Made by a program: the position numbers and the translations under genes. A DNA stretch of 50,732 nucleotides from Nemertoderma westbladi (taxonomy: Eukaryota; Animalia; Xenacoelomorpha): contig JAUCBJ010002261.1 of the NCBI GenBank assembly GCA_032718475.1, positions 1 to 50,732 of the forward strand, written 5' to 3'. A model generated the notes under the pieces. The model was not told the origin of the DNA. It searched no databases and was given only the letters and a program-made list of their open reading frames with translations. Of this stretch, positions 35,584-47,109 are shown piece by piece (within the stretch, counting starts at the first letter, position 1; every line of letters begins with the position of its first letter).

Positions 35584-36972
35584 ATGTCTGACACCCAGCA
35601 AAACCTGTCAGACAGTCTAATCGATACAACCATCTGTGACACAGATAGGAGTGTGGAGCGATTAAGAAAGGGGTTCAGCTCACCTCGTACTGAAAGAAAG
35701 GTCATCCCTCCAGTAGTAGTATCAGACCCTAGGCTAATCCAACACCGTAGGTCTATCATCGGCACTCGGGCCCAAGTCAAACGGAACCAGGAAGCAGCTG
35801 TCCAACAGCAGCAACATCCTAGTCAAGAAACTTGTTCCCAGCGACCCGATAGCTCCAGTAGTTCGGATACTGTAGAGCTGACCCCCGAACGCGGAGTGCA
35901 GATGGCGGCTACAGCCTACTCGGATCCCCTTCTCACCCTTCCTGCCGCAGTGCTAACTACTATATTGATTGCGGTGGAGGAACACCAAGTCGATTGGGCG
36001 AGAAGTAAGCGAGCGACCCAAGATAGTTATGCGGGATACGCCAGGGAAGAATTGATGTCTATTGTCGAGTCACAATGGAACTTTCCCGGACCCGGACTCC
36101 CGTTAGATTTGTCCGAAGCTACTTGGGAAGACATCCACAGGATGGGAGTGACTAAAGATACGATGGATCCAGCTGTTTGGAAGAGGTCAGCAGCAGGATA
36201 TGTGCAGGGATTCTTCAGCTCCTTAGAGCGATTAGAAGAACAACTGTTTCGACAACCCCAAGGACCTCAAGAGCAGGAAGAGCTGCTATATCAAGTACGC
36301 GAAAGAACCCTACGCATTAGACTAATCCTATCAGCCTTTGAGGAAACTTCCAAAAGAAGACAGGACACGTCGCTGCAGGTTGCTGTCAAGACTTGGTTCC
36401 AGCGGGTAGGTCTCAAAGAAACGGCCCAGTGGAAATCCCAGCTGGCTGAGAGACCAACCTATGAAGAACCAACCGATGCCACCCTTTCTCAAGTGGAAAG
36501 CGAAGGGACAGCAGAGAGACCGCGAACGAGAGACGCCATCGACATCTATCTGTCAGACTATCAACACTTCTTGGGTGATGAAGAGTTGAGGAGACGACTG
36601 GCTGGACTTCGCCCCAATAGTGAAGGAGCCAAGCTTGTGTTGGACTCAATCGATGCGGAAATGTTAGCTGCAAACCAAGCTAAATTTGATGAAAAACTCC
36701 GCCTCGCTAGAGTCCAAGAAGAACAAGTAAAGAAAAAACGGATAGAGGACAGAAAGGCAGCAGCAGTAACAGCGGCAATGGCAGAAGTAGAAGCAGAAAG
36801 AAAGGCAGCAAGAGCAGCGGCGGCAGAAGCAGAAGCAGAAAGAAAGGCAGCGGCGGCAGAAGCAGAAGCAGAAGCAGAAAGAAAGGCAGCAAAGGCAGTG
36901 GCAGAAGCAGAACGGAGAGCGTCTGAGGAGACTACCCAACTGGAGTTACCCAAAGAGGTGAGGTCTCTATAG
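35584..36972 (+). CDS. ORF A, 462-aa coiled-coil protein, likely N-terminal part of a BEL/Pao gag
   Basis: Intact ORF with AEAEAERKAA repeats; abuts the gag-B sequence directly in copy 3. Confidence 0.55.
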   Translation: MSDTQQNLSDSLIDTTICDTDRSVERLRKGFSSPRTERKVIPPVVVSDPRLIQHRRSIIGTRAQVKRNQEAAVQQQQHPSQETCSQRPDSSSSSDTVELTPERGVQMAATAYSDPLLTLPAAVLTTILIAVEEHQVDWARSKRATQDSYAGYAREELMSIVESQWNFPGPGLPLDLSEATWEDIHRMGVTKDTMDPAVWKRSAAGYVQGFFSSLERLEEQLFRQPQGPQEQEELLYQVRERTLRIRLILSAFEETSKRRQDTSLQVAVKTWFQRVGLKETAQWKSQLAERPTYEEPTDATLSQVESEGTAERPRTRDAIDIYLSDYQHFLGDEELRRRLAGLRPNSEGAKLVLDSIDAEMLAANQAKFDEKLRLARVQEEQVKKKRIEDRKAAAVTAAMAEVEAERKAARAAAAEAEAERKAAAAEAEAEAERKAAKAVAEAERRASEETTQLELPKEVRSL

Positions 36973-38225
36973 GGGTGACTCCAACAGGTGGCGGCGGACT
37001 CGTGAGGGTCTGGGGGCACGTTAAATCGTTGGTATAGTGCAGGGGAGTTACTGAAGGCCCTCGTGTCTAGCGAACCATGAATTAACATGGTGCCGTGGTA
37101 CCGTCTAGTCGGCCTGTTGCCGTACTGCCAGTCCTGTACACAGTAGGGGTGGTGGCTTAGTGTGATCTGTGGTTTATGTGGTCTATGTGGTAGGTCTATG
37201 TTTGGTATGTATGAGTTGACCAGACTCTTTACTGTCTCCGATCGGTTGCCAAAACGTGTCTTTTCCCAGGGTAGCACTATTGGAATGGAGGTGTTGCATC
37301 GGAATGGACAGGTTTCTGATGATTCTGTTGGTACTACTATTGGAATGGAGGTGGCACCCGGAATATCGGCTGCAAGGAGGGGTTGGTGTTGTAGTGTGGT
37401 CCGAGTGAATGATACTCTGGAATCTGTGGTTTGTGTGTGTACGTGGTATACGTGAGTGTATGTATGGCCACTGCGAGTGAGTATGGGAACCCTTGCCAGT
37501 TGGTCCAGACGCCGCTGGTTATTAGTAGGACCATATCTTTACTGCGCCCCAGCATACTTTGTGCACACAAAGTTATTTTGCCCTGACGGCAAAATAAGGT
37601 ACTCTCGACTCTTTTAACAGTCGATACAATTTTGTCCCCTCTGATTTTGTCACCGATTTTGTCTTCCCCGATTATGTCCTCTGTGTGTGCATGGTATGCG
37701 TCAGATTTGTGTTTACCGTTGTGTACTTGATTTCGTCAGCATCTATTGAGTACACGTGTACAGTGACTGGTAAGTGGTTACTTGTTCCTAGCTTTCGAGC
37801 TAGTCAGTATTGTTTGTGGAACCGACTTCCCCTCAATACTGCCGGTGAGGCGGGTGAAAACGTGTCAAAATTCCATGTTGGGTAGCGCAAGCCCACTTGG
37901 GACAAGACCGTCGGTTTGGCTCAAGGGCGACCTTGATGCTCGATCGCTATCGACTGGTCCACCCGCCGGTTGACTCTCTGAGTTGGCTCAATGTACAGTC
38001 AGGCCACAGTAAGTTGACAGTAGGCGAACTTTGTGTAATTCGGCTACACACGACGAGCTGTGCCGGTGTGATCGGGGGATTGAAAATTGAACCCGGGAAG
38101 CATCGGGCTATCCTCCGGCCCGGTCTGATAAAAACGGAGTCGGACTGGCCCCAAGGGTAGTGGAAAAGCGTCCGCCTCGTGGGTGCGCCTCGGGGAGGAG
38201 CCCAGAAGGACGTAAGCGGGAAAAT

Positions 38226-38991
38226 CTGCAAGAGACGCAAGACAACATAAATAAACAGTTAACTGCTAGCCAAATGCAGATGATGAGACGATCTACTCCC
38301 AAACGCCAGGGATACACATCATCGGAGGAAAGCGAAACCACCGATCCTGAAGGCGGAGGAAATAGATCTCGTCTAAGCAGGCGTAGAAAAACATCTCACC
38401 GTCACAAATTGCCTGATTTGCCCCCAGCGGTTAGAAGACAACTAGCTAGCACAGACTTAAGTAGTATAGAACCTACAGACCAAATTATTAAGGTCAAAAG
38501 ACTCCCTACTATAGTTGATGAGCCTGAAATAATTAGGCCTGTCGTTCCCAAAGCCACTCCTGTGCTAGAGACCCCTGTACTTCCAGAGCTTAACTCTAAA
38601 TTCCCTTTACACCGTACTACACTGCCTGTACCCGGTAGAACAGTCCATGAGAATATCCCTGTCCTGGAAGCTGAGAGAGAAATCAAAGATTTGTCTCCCG
38701 TCGTCCCGCGTCGGCCCGCTACAATGATGGCGACTCCCGCTTCGGCGGTCGAGTGGGTAGAGGAGGGACGGCGGGGGATGAATCTCCTGCTCGGACAGAT
38801 GCAGGAGACTGTCCACCAACTTAAGGGAACAGTAAGGGAAAGTAGGGCAGAATTGCAGGAAGTGCAGCAAAGTATCGCGCTAGAACGTGACAAATTAGTC
38901 ATTATACAAAAGGGTATACCAATACCCCCAGTAACATTGTGTCAACCTGTTAGGTCTGAAGTATTACATGCGCAAGGTATGGAGCCTACAC
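38226..38991 (+). pseudogene. Truncated gag-B segment (copy 1)
   Basis: Near-identical to the N-terminal part of the 43228-44913 ORF, broken at ~38991. Confidence 0.75.
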
Positions 38992-40655
38992 ACCGTGTAT
39001 GCCCACTGTGTATTCTGCCAGCGTTTTGGCCTGTGTTTGTTTGTGTGGTCCGTTCAGATACCGTAATAGTTATTACTCAGATATTTTGTAGGCTGGATTG
39101 TTGTCTAGCTATTATTAGGTCTGAAGAGATTGCTGCGTGTGTAGAGTTTGTCTGATAAAGTGCCAGTTAGTAAGTTGGGGCAGCCAGAGCTGTAAGGTCA
39201 ATCCCCTCCTAAAGAATAAGTCGTACTACCATGTTAGAACGCATACTAACTAACCATTTTGGAATCTGCACATACTGTAGTTTATTTAGGCTTGATGGTA
39301 GTCTGCCAGCGTTTGGTTTGTATTTTGTTTGAGTATTCTGTACGGGTAGCGTAATATTTATTATTCAGAGTTTATGCGATTATTCGCAACATTCATGTCC
39401 CCAAGTTTATTCCTACAGTAATTGTGCTTGTTACACATACCGTTATAGTTAAATTAACCCCGGTACTACACGGGCTGCTTGGCGTAGGTAAAGACTGGTG
39501 ACTTTATGCTCCGGTCACTCCAGCAGATGCCGTGGTTCTTTTAACTGTTCAAGTATATTTAACTGCTAGTTATCTGTTCTTAATAAGTACTTGTACCTAA
39601 TTTAGGGTTTGGTGTACAGTGCTTTCCGAAAGTAATTAGTGTGTAGGCAGTGTATTGTGTTGTAAAGTGGTTAATAGGCACGTTGGACCTGGTAGTCCGC
39701 GGTAATTAACTTCTAGGTAGGAACACTCCGTGATACATAACTTAGTACCTATAGCGATACGGCTATAGGTCGTCAGGCGGTGGTATTTTCCTATCTGGAC
39801 AGCGCAATATATTTACTACTACTTATTATTTTCAAATACCGTAGTATCCTGTCTGTTATAATAACCAGAATTCTAACCCTTTGTTAGACTGGTTTGTAGA
39901 CTTCCTGTAAAATTACCCTAAAATTTCATACGTAATATTTTGTTGTGTTTTAATTAGAGAATTAATCTCACCCGTATCGTACGTAATTTGTAGTATTAAG
40001 TAACTTAGGTAAATTAGAATTATCTGTTTTAGTGTCCAATAAGTAGCACTTCACTGAGAGCGCACAGCTTCTGTGTAGTGACTCCCCCCAGAAATAATAA
40101 CATTTATTTCAAATATTGACAAAACCCATTTTAAACGGGTATATATCTATTATAAATCAACTCAAAGGATTTACAAATAGTAGGCCTGCCATACAACAAC
40201 TAGGTCTCAATATCAGTTGGACTACTGCTTAAATAACGGTAATAAAGTAAGTTAAAGTAACTAAGTAACCTTTAAAATTCAGAAATTCAATTATTTAAAT
40301 AATTGATATGCCGGTATTTACGATAGGCCTATTATCTTTATTTCTATAAATTTAGGCCATAAATTTAGGCCTAAATTTTAATTTATTTAGTCCAGAATTA
40401 TACTTATATACTATAAGTGTAGGCTGTATACCGGTATTCACGATAGGCCTATTATATATTTATATATATTTGTGTTAAAATTATATACCGGTACTCTGTG
40501 ACAAACCTAGTTTACAATACTTATATACTATAAGTGTATACCGGTATTCTAATATATTGTAATTAATTACCGGTACTAGGCCAACGGTCATACTGAATTA
40601 CTAGACTCGCTTTAACTGTAACTATAGCAGTAAGCATTCAACTGTATAGATAAAC

Positions 40656-42049
40656 ATGTCTGACACCCAGCAAAACCTGTCAGACAGTCTAATCGATACA
40701 ACCATCTGTGACACAGATAGGAGTGTGGAGCGATTAAGAAAGGGGTTCAGCTCACCTCGTACTGAAAGAAAGGTCATCCCTCCAGTAGTAGTATCAGACC
40801 CTAGGCTAATCCAACACCGTAGGTCTATCATCGGCACTCGGGCCCAAGTCAAACGGAACCAGGAAGCAGCTGTCCAACAGCAGCAACATCCTAGTCAAGA
40901 AACTTGTTCCCAGCGACCCGATAGCTCCAGTAGTTCGGATACTGTAGAGCTGACCCCCGAACGCGGAGTGCAGATGGCGGCTACAGCCTACTCGGATCCC
41001 CTTCTCACCCTTCCTGCCGCAGTGCTAACTACTATATTGATTGCGGTGGAGGAACACCAAGTCGATTGGGCGAGAAGTAAGCGAGCGACCCAGATAGTTA
41101 TGCGGGATACGCCAGGGAAGAATTGATGTCTATTGTCGAGTCACAATGGAACTTTCCCGGACCCGGACTCCCGTTAGATTTGTCCGAAGCTACTTGGGAA
41201 GACATCCACAGGATGGGAGTGACTAAAGATACGATGGATCCAGCTGTTTGGAAGAGGTCAGCAGCAGGATATGTGCAGGGATTCTTCAGCTCCTTAGAGC
41301 GATTAGAAGAACAACTGTTTCGACAACCCCAAGGACCTCAAGAGCAGGAAGAGCTGCTATATCAAGTACGCGAAAGAACCCTACGCATTAGACTAATCCT
41401 ATCAGCCTTTGAGGAAACTTCCAAAAGAAGACAGGACACGTCGCTGCAGGTTGCTGTCAAGACTTGGTTCCAGCGGGTAGGTCTCAAAGTACAAGAAACG
41501 GCCCAGTGGAAATCCCAGCTGGCTGAGAGACCAACCTATGAAGAACCAACCGATGCCACCCTTTCTCAAGTGGAAAGCGAAGGGACAGCAGAGAGACTGC
41601 GAACGAGAGACGCCATCGACATCTATCTGTCAGACTATCAACACTTCTTGGGTGATGAAGAGTTGAGGAGACGACTGGCTGGACTTCGCCCCAATAGTGA
41701 AGGAGCCAAGCTTGTGTTGGACTCAATCGATGCGGAAATGTTAGCTGCAAACCAAGCTAAATTTGATGAAAAACTCCGCCTCGCTAGAGTCCAAGAAGAA
41801 CAAGTAAAGAAAAAACGGATAGAGGACCGAAAGGCAGCAGCAGTAACAGCGGCAATGGCAGAAGTAGAAGCAGAAAGAAAGGCAGCAAGAGCAGCGGCGG
41901 CAGAAGCAGAAGCAGAAAGAAAGGCAGCGGCGGCAGAAGCAGAAGCAGAAGCAGAAAGAAAGGCAGCAAAGGCAGTGGCAGAAGCAGAACGGAGAGCGTC
42001 TGAGGAGACTACCCAACTGGAGTTACCCAAAGAGGTGAGGTCTCTATAG
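40656..42049 (+). pseudogene. ORF A copy 2 with a 1-bp frameshift near 41091
   Basis: gcgacccagatagt versus gcgacccaagatagt in copy 1; also a 6-bp insertion (KVQET). Confidence 0.75.
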
Positions 42050-43293
42050 GGGTGACTCCAACAGGTGGCGGCGGACTCGTGAGGGTCTGGGGGCACGTTA
42101 AATCGTTGGTATAGTGCAGGGGAGTTACTGAAGGCCCTCGTGTCTAGCGAACCATGAATTAACATGGTGCCGTGGTACCGTCTAGTCGGCCTGTTGCCGT
42201 ACTGCCAGTCCTGTACACAGTAGGGGTGGTGGCTTAGTGTGATCTGTGGTCTATGTGGTAGGTCTATGTTTGGTATGTATGAGTTGACCAGACTCTTTAC
42301 TGTCTCCGATCGGTTGCCAAAACGTGTCTTTTCCCAGGGTAGCACTATTGGAATGGAGGTGTTGCATCGGAATGGACAGGTTTCTGATGATTCTGTTGGT
42401 ACTACTATTGGAATGGAGGTGGCACCCGGAATATCGGCTGCAAGGAGGGGTTGGTGTTGTAGTGTGGTCCGAGTGAATGATACTCTGGAATCTGAGGTTT
42501 GTGTGTGTACGTGGTATACGTGAGTGTATGTATGGCCACTGCGAGTGAGTATGGGAACCCTTGCCGGTTGGTCCAGACGCCGCTGGTTATTAGTAGGACC
42601 ATATCTTTACTGCGCCCCAGCATACTTTGTGCACACAAAGTTATTTTGCCCTGACGGCAAAATAAGGTACTCTCGACTCTTTTAACAGTCGATACAATTT
42701 TGTCCCCTCTGATTTTGTCACCGATTTTGTCTTCCCCGATTATGTCCTCTGTGTGTGCATGGTATGCGTCAGATTTGTGTTTACCGTTGTGTACTTGATT
42801 TCGTCAGCATCTATTGAGTACACGTGTACAGTGACTGGTAAGTGGTTACTTGTTCCTAGCTTTCGAGCTAGTCAGTATTGTTTGTGGAACCGACTTCCCC
42901 TCAATACTGCCGGCGAGGCGGGTGAAAACGTGTCAAAATTCCATGTTGGGTAGCGCAAGCCCACTTGGGACAAGACCGTCGGTTTGGCTCAAGGGCGACC
43001 TTGATGCTCGATCGCTATCGACTGGTCCACCCGCCGGTTGACTCTCTGAGTTGGCTCAATGTACAGTCAGGCCACAGTAAGTTGACAGTAGGCGAACTTT
43101 GTGTAATTCGGCTACACACGACGAGCTGTGCCGGTGTGATCGGGGGATTGAAAATTGAACCCGGGAAGCATCGGGCTATCCTCCGGCCCGGTCTGATAAA
43201 AACGGAGTCGGACTGGCCCCAAGGGTAGTGGAAAAGCGTCCGCCTCGTGGGTGCGCCTCGGGGAGGAGCCCAGAAGGACGTAAGCGGGAAAAT

Positions 43294-45465
43294 CTGCAAG
43301 AGACGCAAGACAACATAAATAAACAGTTAACTGCTAGCCAAATGCAGATGATGAGACGATCTACTCCCAAACGCCAGGGATACACATCATCGGAGGAAAG
43401 CGAAACCACCGATCCTGAAGGCGGAGGAAATAGATCTCGTCTAAGCAGGCGTAGAAAAACATCTCACCGTCACAAATTGCCTGATTTGCCCCCAGCGGTT
43501 AGAAGACAACTAGCTAGCACAGACTTAAGTAGTATAGAACCTACAGACCAAATTATTAAGGTCAAAAGACTCCCTACTATAGTTGATGAGCCTGAAATAA
43601 TTAGGCCTGTCGTTCCCAAAGCCACTCCTGTGCTAGAGACCCCTGTACTTCCAGAGCTTAACTCTAAATTCCCTTTACACCGTACTACACTGCCTGTACC
43701 CGGTAGAACAGTCCATGAGAATATCCCTGTCCTGGAAGCTGAGAGAGAAATCAAAGATTTGTCTCCCGTCGTCCCGCGTCGGCCTGCTACAATGATGGCG
43801 ACTCCCGCTTCGGCGGTCGAGTGGGTAGAGGAGGGACGGCGGGGGATGAATCTCCTGCTCGGACAGATGCAGGAGACTGTCCACCAACTTAAGGGAACAG
43901 TAAGGGAAAGTAGGGCAGAATTGCAAGAAGTGCTGCAAAGTATCGCGCTAGAACGCGACAAATTAGTCATTATACAAAAGGGTATACCAATACCCCCAGT
44001 AACATTGTGTCAACCTGTTAGGTCTGAAGTATTACATGCGCAAGGTGTGGAGCCTACACGCATCTATACTGCTAGTGAAGTAGAAACTCCTATAGCAAAC
44101 CCTATTAAGGGTGATTATAAACCTGTTGTTAATGATATTCCCTATAGACCTGATAATGATCCGAGAAATTTATATACCAATAATTCGATATTAAATAACA
44201 CGATGGCCCAAGAAAGCTTTACGCGTCAGATGGCTAGAACAGAAGCCCGCCAAGCGGTCAAAGTGGGAGAGATCGTCAAATTCAATGGAGATGAGATGAA
44301 ATGGTTACCTTTCAATGAATATTACAAAGATAGCATACAGAACTCTGTACTATCTAACGGAGAGAAACTTAGATTCCTCATCAAGTGCTTGGAAGGACCT
44401 CCCAAGTTAATGGCGTTAAAGTTCATTGGACATCCAGATGGATTAAGACAAGTTTGGGATACATTAAACATCAGGTATGGTAACAAGGATAACATAGCTA
44501 AGTATTTGTATGCAAAATTAGTAGCCCCCCGAAACTTCCTTAGTAGCGGGATTATAGAGTTTTCCAATGAGATTCAGGAGATCTGTAGACAATTGGACTG
44601 GTTAGGTAAGTCTCATGAATATCAGAGTTCCATGGTTATTGGAGCCGTAGTCTCTACTTTACCAAAGGGTGGAGTATGTACACGCTGGGATAAGAAAGTG
44701 TTGTATATGAATGAGCAGCAACGACAAAGCCCTACCATGGCTGATCTCATGTCCTTCTTAGATGGCGAAGTAAAACTACAACTCATCAAGCAGTCCAGAG
44801 AGAAAACATCGGAAAATAAGGTAAGTGAGAAACCCGTTTCTAGGAGAAGAGTAACACCAGTGTGTTACACTGACGACGGCGAAAGCCAAGCTTCTCAAGA
44901 AGAGGACAGCTAGAAAGACACTGACCGATTTTACTACGTTAACAAAACCTCAAAGGACGTAAGTAAATACAAGGCTCGAACCAAAGATAGGAGAGAACAG
45001 GTTGCCAAGACTCCTCCTCAGTCTCCTAACAGAATGCACGGAAGAAAGCCCGAAGAAAGAACGAGAGTGCATCAAGTTACCCAAGGTAAAGTGAGTAACA
45101 TCAAACCAAACTGTGCGCTGTGCGACGGGCCCCACCGTTTGAGTGCGTGTGCTGAATTTCTAAAGAAATCCCTTGTAGACAGACGTGCAGTCATGTGGGA
45201 TAAGCGGTTATGCTATAATTGCCTCAGATCAGGACACCAACGGCGAACCTGTTACTCCGACGTAAAGTGTGCAAAGTGTGGCGCGAAACATCACATCTTG
45301 TTACACAGTGATGTCGAACGAGACAACCCGAGTCAGGTAAGTGAGCCCGAACTACATGTCCAATTCAGTGATGTAAATGACACTGATCAAGAGTCTGAGA
45401 GGGAAGGATTCTATACTGACGAATTCTCCGACGCCAACGAATCCTGTTACCTAATAAATACCGCA
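43294..45465 (+). mobile_element. BEL/Pao gag (DUF1759-like region + three Cys/His knuckles), stop at 44913, truncated before the protease
   Basis: KFNGDEMKWLPF...KLRFLIKCLEG...WDTLNIRYG; CALCDGPHRLSAC, CYNCLRSGHQRRTC, CAKCGAKHHILLH. Confidence 0.9.
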
Positions 45466-45482
45466 GTGTATCGAGCACTTAC

Positions 45483-45575
45483 TGTAAAAGCTTCTGTGGG
45501 ATATAACTGGCCCCTTTGCTTCGCAATCCAGTTTCCCCCCAGGCGCTGGAATACTCTAAAAAGGTTCTCTAACTG
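45483..45575 (+). mobile_element. TGTAAAAGC terminal segment interrupting gag copy 2
   Basis: Matches the reverse complement of 20-111 and matches 50687-50732. Confidence 0.65.
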
Positions 45576-46819
45576 TATATATATTCCCCTCGCCCGCAAG
45601 GTACCGTTACAGGTGTTTTAACGGACATAAAAGTCATTCTGCTATATACGTGTTTTGGCGGACATGGTAAGGCAAAAAACCTGCAATGCACCAACTACCT
45701 TTCACAGCTTAGCCGTGATGATTCATATTACGACATCTAACAGCTGGTTGCTGACATGGAAACAGCCATTGGACGCATGGTTCTTTGTTTGGCTTGAGCC
45801 AATCAGAGCGATTTTTCCTGTCGACGTGTAGCTTTTCGGCCGATCATAAGGAGAGTGTTCAGTCTTACTGTTCTTACTTGATACTTTGTTGTTATTGCTG
45901 TCTAAGCCAGAAACAACGGCTCTAGAAAGAAACATTAGTAGGCTTAAGATTATAGAGCGTATGACTGTTATCGGTTCATAACAACTCACATATCGGTCCA
46001 TATCAGTGCATATCGCTGTACATATCTGTTCATATCATATCTTAACCTACCGTCTTAATGTTTTTACTGTTGTCATATCTTATGTCAGTGGATTGAATAT
46101 TATTTGGAGAACATTTATAAAGAACCCAAATTTCCCAATTTTCTTGATACACTACAGGTTAGAGAGGCGGGTTATATATATAGCGATTGCGACTTATATT
46201 ATTGTGGTGTGTATTGAATTTAATGCTATTTGATAAGCCCTACATGAGTCCGTTGCTATTCTCTTTATATATGATAAAATTCATTGACGGTCGGCAAATT
46301 AGTGAGCAGTATTGTGCGTTACCGGTAGTGTGCATGATTGTGGCTGATAACTAAGCATTTCCTAAAGAATGCGCCTCATACGTGAATCATAAGCCTTACC
46401 GACTTACCGTTGTGATTGGTATAAGTCATATCTCTGTTTACTTAGATAGAGCGCCACGTCCTAAAAGGAACTGTTAATATTTCCCGAAAGTGAATAATAT
46501 TAGTCAGAAATTAATTATTAACGATCAATCGAATAATACAATACCGTAAGCTTCACTGCAATAATAATCTAAGCCGACAGAATCCAGCCTCCCGGGATTA
46601 TCCAGCGGGTGAATGGACGCGCACTAGGCTGGCTTCTGCTAATGTTGTGTTTATTGGTATTAAATATTTGTCATCTTCTAAAGTATATTTATAAATCAAA
46701 AGACATATAAATTTTGGCAGGTTAAACTGCTAAAGGTCTTCAAAAGCGCGTACAATAACAGTCATTGACTTTATTGCAGTAAGCAATAAAGTTGAAAGTA
46801 CCGGTCAACCGGTAAACCT

Positions 46820-46948
46820 GAACCGGTACTTCTGTAGGTCAGTAGGCCCAACTGCCAGAACCGGTACTGCCGTAGGTCCGTAGGTCCAACTGCCAGAACC
46901 GGTACTTCTGTAGGTCCGTAGGCCCAACTGTCCTAACCGGTACTTCCA
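46820..46948. repeat. ~38-bp minisatellite (AACCGGTACTTCTGTAGGTCCGTAGGCCCAACTGCCAG), ~3.3 copies
   Basis: Direct reading. Confidence 0.8.
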
Positions 46949-47109
46949 GTATAAGTACATTAGTATTATTTCGATTGTGATCTATTGTATATTGTAGGCT
47001 GCCAGGGGAATAGGGATTGATCACCCCTCATTCTTTTGTATAGTTTACTTATTTCTGTCAGTTTTATTTCCTAGTAAGTTAATATTGAGCTGAAGACGTG
47101 TAAGTCTGC

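Larger units (their letters stand above)
34233..38991 (+). repeat. Copy 1 of ~5-kb gag-derived unit (left end cut by the Maverick-like element)
   Basis: Near-identical to 39305-44060 at offset ~5072 bp. Confidence 0.93.
39010..45465 (+). repeat. Copy 2 of the unit (longest; extends through the gag zinc knuckles)
   Basis: Direct repeat of copy 1 plus ~1.4 kb more gag. Confidence 0.9.

Noticed and set aside
36413-37277. Minus-strand ORFs over ORF A (and equivalents at 41484-42345 and 49462-49941)
   Set aside because: Antisense shadows of GCA/GAA-rich coiled-coil coding sequence.
45483-45611. Solo LTR (TGTAA...TTACA)
   Set aside because: No matching TSD, PBS or PPT, and the copy at the window start diverges after ~90 bp.
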